Shown here: one piece after another, positions 57,826-64,000 of the stretch | Layout of the letters: every line of letters begins with the position of its first letter | Numbering within the stretch: the stretch's first letter is position 1 | Assembly: GCA_963716395.1 (NCBI GenBank) | Contig: OY970309.1 | Location: 128,001-192,000, forward strand | Reading direction: 5' to 3' | DNA from: an uncultured Fibrobacteria bacterium | Lineage (GTDB): Bacteria > Fibrobacterota > Fibrobacteria > UBA11236 | DNA length: 64,000 bases | Notes under the pieces: generated by a model | Told to the model about the DNA's origin: nothing | Databases searched by the model: none | The model's input: only the letters and a program-made list of their open reading frames with translations | Program-made: the position numbers and the translations under genes

Positions 57826-58610
57826 GCGGATTTTGCGCCTTTCCAAACCTCCCACGGAGTTTCACCTTTGGTATACATCTCGTCGAAGAGCTGTTTGTCC
57901 TTGAAGGTGTCCATGGACATCCAAAAACCGTCATAACGATAGGTGAACAATTTTTTTTCCTGCATGAGGCGGGCGAAAGGCTCAATGACCAGTTCTTCCC
58001 CGTTGTGCATGTAGTCGAAGATCTCCTTGCGCAGCACGAAATGCCCGCCGTTGATCCAGATGTCGGTACGGCCGATGCCGTTGATCGCGCGCACCATTCC
58101 GCCTTCGTCGCTGGAAATGATATGGTAGCTCTGGTTGGGGCGTACGCTCAGAAAGCAGGCCGCTCCCGCCTGTAGTTTAAAGTAGTCGATCAAGGTGGGA
58201 AGATGGAAATCGGTGAGGCCATCGCTGTAATTGGCCAGAAACATCTCCTCGCCTTCCAGATATTTTTGCACCGCTTTCAATCGTTGCCCGATGTTGGATG
58301 AAAGGCCGGTGTCGGCGAAGGTGATGGACCAGTCGCTCATGTCGGTATTATAGAGTTTGAGATCCTTGCCCCCCTGGGTGAGGGTGAAATCGTTGGAAAG
58401 GTATTCGTTGTAATTCATGAAGTAGTTCTTGATGACGTCGGCCTTGTGGCCCAGGCACAGAATGAAGTCTTTGTGGCCGAAATGCGCGTAGTAACGCATC
58501 AAGTTCCAGAGAATGGGCCGGGACCCCACCGGAACCATGGGCTTGGGAATACTGTCGGAATACTCGCGGATGCGCATGCCCATTCCTCCGCAAAAAAGCA
58601 CGACTTTCAT
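57822..58610 (-). CDS. rfbF: Glucose-1-phosphate cytidylyltransferase
   Basis: LFCGGMGMRIRE...PKPMV, DFILCLG, DTG, YSDG, WINGG, FWMSMDTFKD. Confidence 0.9.
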   Translation of the reverse strand: MKVVLFCGGMGMRIREYSDSIPKPMVPVGSRPILWNLMRYYAHFGHKDFILCLGHKADVIKNYFMNYNEYLSNDFTLTQGGKDLKLYNTDMSDWSITFADTGLSSNIGQRLKAVQKYLEGEEMFLANYSDGLTDFHLPTLIDYFKLQAGAACFLSVRPNQSYHIISSDEGGMVRAINGIGRTDIWINGGHFVLRKEIFDYMHNGEELVIEPFARLMQEKKLFTYRYDGFWMSMDTFKDKQLFDEMYTKGETPWEVWKGAKSA

Positions 58611-58644
58611 GTTGTTACTCCTTTTCGGCTACTACGATTTACTG

Positions 58645-59529
58645 TCATCGACGAATCTGTTTGTGGCCGCCAAGGCCCGGTTGTCTTTGGGATTCAATCG
58701 GACCTTTATCATCAAAAGCTTTCGATTCAGGTTGTCGTGGGAAGTACTTCTTTGCTATGGACCCACAGTAACGCTCAATTTCACGCAGCACAAACTCCCG
58801 CGGGACCTGTCCTAAAATTCCAAAGTCCTGCGCGCCGATATTGGACCACTTTGCGGACAAGGATTCCGGAGCACACCCCACAAAACGTTCCATCTCGGGC
58901 AGCGAGTTGGATATATCGCGAGTCCGCACGATCAGCAAACGTGATGATGGGATGGTCGCCAGGACTTTCGAATTGTGTTCGAACCAGTACTTCAGATAGG
59001 CGTGAATCGGATAAAGGCCGTTCTCCTTGAGTGCAAATTCTTCTGACGAAAATTCACCCGCGAACCGGCCAAAAGCAGTGGCACGGAAATCAACCCAGAT
59101 GGGCCTCACGGCGGTCAAAGGATGCCGGTGATGGTGGTTGATGGCGGATTTGAGCCATTCCATCGGGTCGCGGATGGTGAGAATGAACTTTGCACTCGGA
59201 AAAAGCTCGACAAGGTCATGGCTGAGATAGGCCAGAAAATGCGCCGACTCCATCTCCGGCCAGTACTCACGATCCCGACGTTTGAGATGGCTGCGAGCGG
59301 CTTGCTGATCCAGTTGACCGCGATAGGCTGAAATGGTCATGGGAACAAGGCGATCGCAATCCACCTCATGCTCGGAGCGATATCGGTCGAATACCTTGGC
59401 CATGGTCGTGGTTCCGGACCGAATTGTACCGAGACAATAGGCTTGGAACGCCCTGGGCCGAGCCATATTGCGCAGCCGCTGTTTTGAAAGTCTTCCGACT
59501 TCACGAAATCTTGCGATGATCGAGGGCAT
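58645..59529 (-). CDS. PAPS-dependent sulfotransferase family protein
   Basis: 5'-PSB-like CLGTIRSGTTT and 3'-PB-like KFILTIRDPMEWLKS. Confidence 0.8.
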   Translation of the reverse strand: MPSIIARFREVGRLSKQRLRNMARPRAFQAYCLGTIRSGTTTMAKVFDRYRSEHEVDCDRLVPMTISAYRGQLDQQAARSHLKRRDREYWPEMESAHFLAYLSHDLVELFPSAKFILTIRDPMEWLKSAINHHHRHPLTAVRPIWVDFRATAFGRFAGEFSSEEFALKENGLYPIHAYLKYWFEHNSKVLATIPSSRLLIVRTRDISNSLPEMERFVGCAPESLSAKWSNIGAQDFGILGQVPREFVLREIERYCGSIAKKYFPRQPESKAFDDKGPIESQRQPGLGGHKQIRR

Positions 59530-59572
59530 ATAATTTTTCTCCGGTTAAATCATGATATCGTGCGAACCAAAC

Positions 59573-60286
59573 CTAGGCGCGCTTGCGGGCCACGAGAATG
59601 ATGTACTGGCCAAAACCCAGCTTTCCTTTCCATGTGTTCAATCGATCCTCTCCGAACAGACCGGCGATTAACCGATTCAGCTTGGGTGAGTTTATAATCC
59701 TGAGTATTCCTTGGTGCCCGCCGAATACGATGGAATAAAGCTCCACTATTTCAAAGAGGGGTGAAAAAATACGTCGGACATCTCCCATGGCGGCCCAATG
59801 ACGTATTTGCCCGCGATAAATTTTCTTCTTCCCATGATCTAATCTGTCAAAAGCGAATTTATTTAGGGTTGTCAAAGCCAGGTAACCTTTTGGTTTTAAC
59901 AACCCTGCAATTTTCTTTGCAAATCCGGCATGATCGGCGACGCAAGAGAATGCGTCAACGGTGGCGATGAAGTCAAACGACTCGGAAAATTCCATGGTCA
60001 TGAAATCGCCCGCCAAAAAGCGAATATCAGGATGTCGACTCTGCGCTCGTTTGATCATTTCGTCCGCCAGATCAATGGCCGTAGTTTTGCCGATGCGCGC
60101 CAACCGCTCCGAGAGCCATCCCGTTCCGCAGCCGATTTCCAAAATCGTTTTGGGAGAATGCCTACTAGCACAATCGATAACCGCATGGGCGCACTGCTCA
60201 ATGCGTTCATCAGTGGGCCCATCCATGCGGTGCATCTTGTTCCATTCATTCCATGCCGCTACCTGTTGTTCATAGGTCGGATTCAT
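59573..60286 (-). CDS. Class I SAM-dependent methyltransferase
   Basis: ILEIGCGTG, AIDLA, GDF, LKPKG; RBS GGAAGGA upstream of ATG 60286. Confidence 0.88.
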   Translation of the reverse strand: MNPTYEQQVAAWNEWNKMHRMDGPTDERIEQCAHAVIDCASRHSPKTILEIGCGTGWLSERLARIGKTTAIDLADEMIKRAQSRHPDIRFLAGDFMTMEFSESFDFIATVDAFSCVADHAGFAKKIAGLLKPKGYLALTTLNKFAFDRLDHGKKKIYRGQIRHWAAMGDVRRIFSPLFEIVELYSIVFGGHQGILRIINSPKLNRLIAGLFGEDRLNTWKGKLGFGQYIILVARKRA

Positions 60287-60359
60287 ACTTTTGTCCTTCC
60301 AATTCAAAGTTTTGATACTTCCACATCGCCAACTACGCGCGCAAAATAGGATCTTGGCC

Positions 60360-61550
60360 TTAAGCCGCGGCCGGCCGGGGATTGAGATTGACGGCTCCCC
60401 GCACGTCGTTGGCCGTGCTGACATAAATGGTAGCTGCAGGAAACCAGTAGTCATATTGCTTCTGTTTATCATAGCGGTAAATCGTGACGCCAAGGCGAAA
60501 GGTTCCAAAGGCGAAATTCAAATCGAGATCGAAGGCGAACGTGTGCGTTCCACCTGCGTCCAGATCCACCGTCGGCCATCCCAGTCGCTGGGTAGAGGTA
60601 TGGAAGACCATGTTGAAATTTTCGTCTTTGAATTCCAGCACCAGCGCGAGATGGCGGGCGGGTTCCGCAGCGGCGATTTCCACTTCTAGTCTGGCGCCGG
60701 CGCCGCTTTCGAATTGCAACTCTTCGCCGTTTTTCCCGACCAGCTTGACGCCGGAGATCCACACATCCTGGGGTCTCCGGGAGGAGCCCGCGGCGTTCTG
60801 CTCAATGTATTGGCGAACTACTTCATCCGTGGGGCCGGCCTTGACAATCCGCCCATGGTCCAACAGAATGCACCGGCTGCACAGGTCGGTAACCGCCCGC
60901 AGGTTGTGCGACACGAAAATGACGGTGGCGCCGCTGCGGACCACGGATTCCATCTTTTCCACGCTCTTGCGCTGGAAGACCATGTCGCCCACGCTGAGCA
61001 CTTCGTCGACCACCAGGATTTCCGGTTCCACATAAGCCGCCACGGAAAAGCCCAGGCGGGCGTACATACCCGAGGAATACCGCTTGACGGGCATGTCGAT
61101 GAATTCCTCCAACCCGGAGAAAGCCACGATCTCGTCGAACTTTTTTCGGATGTCTTCTTTCTTCATCCCCAGAATGACGCCGTTCAAAAACACGTTCTCC
61201 CGTCCAGTGAGGTCGGGGTGGAACCCGGCCCCCACTTCAATCAAGGCCGAGAGTTTTCCGTTCACCCGGATCTTGCCGCTGGTGGGTTCCATGATTCCCG
61301 TCAGATGCTTGAGCATGGTGCTTTTGCCCGCGCCGTTGTGGCCGATGATTCCGAAGGCCTCCCCGCGGTTGACTTCAAAGGAAACATCGCGCAGGGCCCA
61401 GAATTCCCGCTCGGCGCGGCTGCGAACCGGTTGGCGCAAAACTCCCTTCAGGAGCGCGGGAAAGAGATCACGCAGGGAGTCATGCAACTCTCCCTTGCGG
61501 AAGCGTTTGGATACCAGGTCCATGCTCAATGCGACGTCCGGCATACCCAT
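60360..61550 (-). CDS. wzt: Wzt ABC transporter ATPase with a C-terminal carbohydrate-binding (Wzt_C) domain
   Basis: GHNGAGKST, GAGFHPDLTGREN, YSSGM, VVDEVL, VSH; ~140 aa beta-rich C-terminal extension. Confidence 0.95.
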   Translation of the reverse strand: MGMPDVALSMDLVSKRFRKGELHDSLRDLFPALLKGVLRQPVRSRAEREFWALRDVSFEVNRGEAFGIIGHNGAGKSTMLKHLTGIMEPTSGKIRVNGKLSALIEVGAGFHPDLTGRENVFLNGVILGMKKEDIRKKFDEIVAFSGLEEFIDMPVKRYSSGMYARLGFSVAAYVEPEILVVDEVLSVGDMVFQRKSVEKMESVVRSGATVIFVSHNLRAVTDLCSRCILLDHGRIVKAGPTDEVVRQYIEQNAAGSSRRPQDVWISGVKLVGKNGEELQFESGAGARLEVEIAAAEPARHLALVLEFKDENFNMVFHTSTQRLGWPTVDLDAGGTHTFAFDLDLNFAFGTFRLGVTIYRYDKQKQYDYWFPAATIYVSTANDVRGAVNLNPRPAAA

Positions 61551-61555
61551 CGCTC

Positions 61556-62362
61556 CTAGATGGACTCGGCAAACAGCGGTTGCAGTTTCTTGAACACGTA
61601 AATGGCCGCGACAAAAACCAGCGCGGTGACCCCCGCGCTATAGCCCACCCATTCGAGATCGGGTGGCTGATGCAACACCACCGTCGCGTTCAGGGCTTCC
61701 AGGATGGGCGCGACCGGGTTGAGCAGCACAAGATGCGACCATTTTCCGAAAATGTCCGCATCGAAAAAAACCGGCGTGATGAAAATCGCATAGGTCACCA
61801 CGAGTTCGGCCAAATATTTGACGTCGCGAAAAAAGAGATTGGCCGCCGACAGCAGCAGGCCCAGGCCCGCCGCCAAGAGCACCAACAACACAACGAGCGG
61901 CAACACCCACAGCGCCTGGGGGCTTATCCCCATATTGGTAAAGGCCAAGATAGCCGCCAGAAAAACCGCAGCCACGATGAAGTCGACCAGATTCGAGAGC
62001 ACGGCCGCAAGGGGGAAAACTTCTTTGGGAAAGTTCAACTTCGTCACCAGATTGGTATTCGCGGTGAGGCTGATGGTGGAGAATCGAATGGAGGCGCTGA
62101 AAAACGACCAGGGCAGTCCTTTGATGGCGACTCCCATGATCTCTCTGCCCACCACCGGCTTGCCGGAAATTTTCGCCAGCAGATATTTGACCAGCATGCC
62201 CGCGGCGATGACGAGAATGGGCAGCAGCAGAGCCCAAAGAAAACCCATGATCGACTGCTTGTATTTGATTCTGACTTCCCGCCAGGTGATCATATACAGT
62301 AGTTCCCGGCTGGCATAGAGATCGCGGATCGATTTCAGGATGGTGCGGAAAACCCCGATCAT
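61556..62362 (-). CDS. wzm: Wzm ABC-2 permease
   Basis: REVRIKYKQSIMGFLWALL, FFRDV, TPVF, LNP. Confidence 0.93.
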   Translation of the reverse strand: MIGVFRTILKSIRDLYASRELLYMITWREVRIKYKQSIMGFLWALLLPILVIAAGMLVKYLLAKISGKPVVGREIMGVAIKGLPWSFFSASIRFSTISLTANTNLVTKLNFPKEVFPLAAVLSNLVDFIVAAVFLAAILAFTNMGISPQALWVLPLVVLLVLLAAGLGLLLSAANLFFRDVKYLAELVVTYAIFITPVFFDADIFGKWSHLVLLNPVAPILEALNATVVLHQPPDLEWVGYSAGVTALVFVAAIYVFKKLQPLFAESI

Positions 62363-63693
62363 GCCGCCACCTGATTCCGCAGCGCGTCGTATTGGCGATC
62401 GAGTACGGAATGGTAGCGCGCGCCCAGCGCCTCCAATTCGCGCCCCAGGCTGGCGCCGGCCGATTCCAAGGCATGAAAACTTTCCGTCAACGCCTTGAGC
62501 TCGAACGCTTCAATATCCAGACAATACTCGGACAATCCCGCCTCTTGCATCAGGGTATCGATTTTCCGATGGTAGGAAAGGGCCAGCACGGGCTTGGCAA
62601 GAAAAATCGCCAACAGCACTCCATGAAATCGCGAGGCTACGATGAAATCCATCTGTGCCATGGCGTCGAGTAACTCCTGAACCGTGGTAACCGGACGTTC
62701 GCAACTGCGATCTTCGATGTGCGCCGCCGTCTCGCGGCCAAGCGCCGCTTTGAGGTCCTGAAAGGCCGGGAGATCCATGCGGATTTGTGTGGGGAACAGT
62801 ATCACCTGGTAACCTGTGTTGGCCAGGTAGGAAATGAAGGCGGCAAGGGTGTCGATATAGCGCCGATAGACCGCTGCCATCTTGTCAGGCCATTTGTCCA
62901 CATGTCCGTACGCCATGGGACTGATACCCACTTTCGCTTTGACGCCGGGGCCGCGAACAGAATGCGAAGTTCGCCGGCGCAGGCTGAAGGCGAGATCGGG
63001 AAAGACTTCGGCCGGGGCCGTGAACCCGAACCTCCGCATGAGGTCGCAGGATTCCTGGTCGCGAAAACTGCGGTAGCACGCCAGTCTCAGCGCGGAGAGG
63101 ATAAAAAATCTTCCCAAACCGGTGCGGATGGGTCCGGCACCGACGCCTACGAATAAGAACTTGACGCGGCGCATTCTGGCCATCAAGGCCCATTGCCAAA
63201 GGGTGAACGGCTGATTCCAGGGGCCGCCCCAAATGTCGTCCAATTGCCCTCCGCCGGAAACGATGAGGGCATCCAAACCGCGAAGTGCGGCCAACGAGGT
63301 CCACCAAAAACCCAATTGTCGCTTTACCGCGTAGGCATAGGGAAGGCGAATCCCCAGCTTACGCTTGAGGCGGAAAATCCACGACGATGTCCACGAAGAT
63401 GTGCGCGTCCCGGTCACGATCGCTTTTCCCGTACCCGTGCCCATGCCGGTGTCGGCCAGCGATTCGGTGGCCGCCGGAGCGGCGGCTTCCGGAGCGGCGG
63501 CTTCCGGAGCGGCGGCTTCAATAGGAAAGGCGCGAATGCCGTGGCGTTTTTGGGTGTCCGCAGGGTTCAGGGAAAAGGCGACGATTTCCACGCCGGCGAT
63601 GTGCACCCGCAGGTTGTCGATCATGGCCTCTTGAATGGCGGCATCTCCCAGATTGCCGAAACCGAAGGGGCCCATCAGACCGATGCGCGTCAT
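62359..63693 (-). CDS. Polysaccharide pyruvyl transferase (CsaB/WcaK-like)
   Basis: GFGNLGDAAI, SGGGQ, RDQES, PDLAF, SRFHG, SYHRK. Confidence 0.9.
   Translation of the reverse strand: MTRIGLMGPFGFGNLGDAAIQEAMIDNLRVHIAGVEIVAFSLNPADTQKRHGIRAFPIEAAAPEAAAPEAAAPAATESLADTGMGTGTGKAIVTGTRTSSWTSSWIFRLKRKLGIRLPYAYAVKRQLGFWWTSLAALRGLDALIVSGGGQLDDIWGGPWNQPFTLWQWALMARMRRVKFLFVGVGAGPIRTGLGRFFILSALRLACYRSFRDQESCDLMRRFGFTAPAEVFPDLAFSLRRRTSHSVRGPGVKAKVGISPMAYGHVDKWPDKMAAVYRRYIDTLAAFISYLANTGYQVILFPTQIRMDLPAFQDLKAALGRETAAHIEDRSCERPVTTVQELLDAMAQMDFIVASRFHGVLLAIFLAKPVLALSYHRKIDTLMQEAGLSEYCLDIEAFELKALTESFHALESAGASLGRELEALGARYHSVLDRQYDALRNQVAA
63474..63518. repeat. 15-bp in-frame tandem repeat x3 (encodes EAAAP)
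   Basis: CCGGAGCGGCGGCTT, three perfect copies. Confidence 0.9.
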
Positions 63694-64000
63694 GCCCGGT
63701 TTTTCCGCCGGAATACCGGTTGCACGGGCCGACCCACCAGGTATTTCTCCGGTCCTTCGTCGAGGGCTTGGCGATAGACTTCCAAGGCCTCTCCCACCGC
63801 GGCGATGGTGGCGTCGATGATGGGTTCGTCGTGTGCGTGACTAACCACGAAAGATGGTGTTATAAATCCCCGTTGGATCATTTCCTGGAGAAAGAGCGTG
63901 CGGAAGACCTGGGAAGGCCTGCCGGCGCGGTCCCGCGTCGCGAAAATCAAATTGGCCGGATGGCCGAGCACCAGAAAGCGATCTTGCAACGCCAGCCTCG
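63690..64000 (-). CDS. Class III (glutamate-1-semialdehyde aminomutase-like) PLP aminotransferase, C-terminal part only
   Basis: FRTLFLQEMIQRG..PSFVVSHAH...GRPVQPVFR, as in glycan-locus HemL-like paralogs; cut by the window edge; ATGA overlap with the next gene. Confidence 0.75.
   Translation of the reverse strand, partial: RLALQDRFLVLGHPANLIFATRDRAGRPSQVFRTLFLQEMIQRGFITPSFVVSHAHDEPIIDATIAAVGEALEVYRQALDEGPEKYLVGRPVQPVFRRKNRA

Noticed and set aside
63690-64000. Tetrapyrrole biosynthesis hemL
   Set aside because: Coupled to a pyruvyl transferase and wzm/wzt, with no hem genes; more consistent with a sugar aminotransferase paralog.
1-64000. CRISPR arrays, tRNA, rRNA, prophage or defence genes
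   Set aside because: No regularly spaced repeats, cloverleaf or rRNA signatures, or phage/defence motifs were recognised by eye.

Overview
The window is bacterial and mostly GC-rich; the secreted-protein architectures suggest Fibrobacterota or a related FCB lineage (inference). It has two parts. Bases 1-11 kb are an envelope and regulatory block: tamB-like, tamA/bamA-like and a PEGA gene on the minus strand, divergent from a stand-alone FlhB-C-like gene, a three-gene partner-switching cassette (RsbW-like, STAS-RsbW fusion, RsbV-like) and a parvulin-TPR lipoprotein, then a hairpin-dense ~200 nt spacer. Bases 11.3-64 kb are a large mosaic surface-glycan locus that runs off the right edge. It carries Wzc/Wzx/Wzy-like and Wzm/Wzt export genes, GT2 and GT4 enzymes, a GtrB-GtrA fusion with about six GT-C-like membrane proteins, and many tailoring enzymes (acyl, methyl, sulfo, pyruvyl, amido, deacetylase). 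It also holds a CDP-glucose operon with an embedded Fe/2OG oxygenase, a CMAH-like metallo-beta-lactamase-fold protein, lhgO, a PL26/YetA-like protein and two paralogous secreted proteins of unknown function. The middle (28-53 kb) is patchily AT-rich, with gene fragments, an internally deleted IS630 and several single-base frameshifts. I saw no rRNA, tRNA or CRISPR array. All family calls come from motif recognition by eye, not from database searches.
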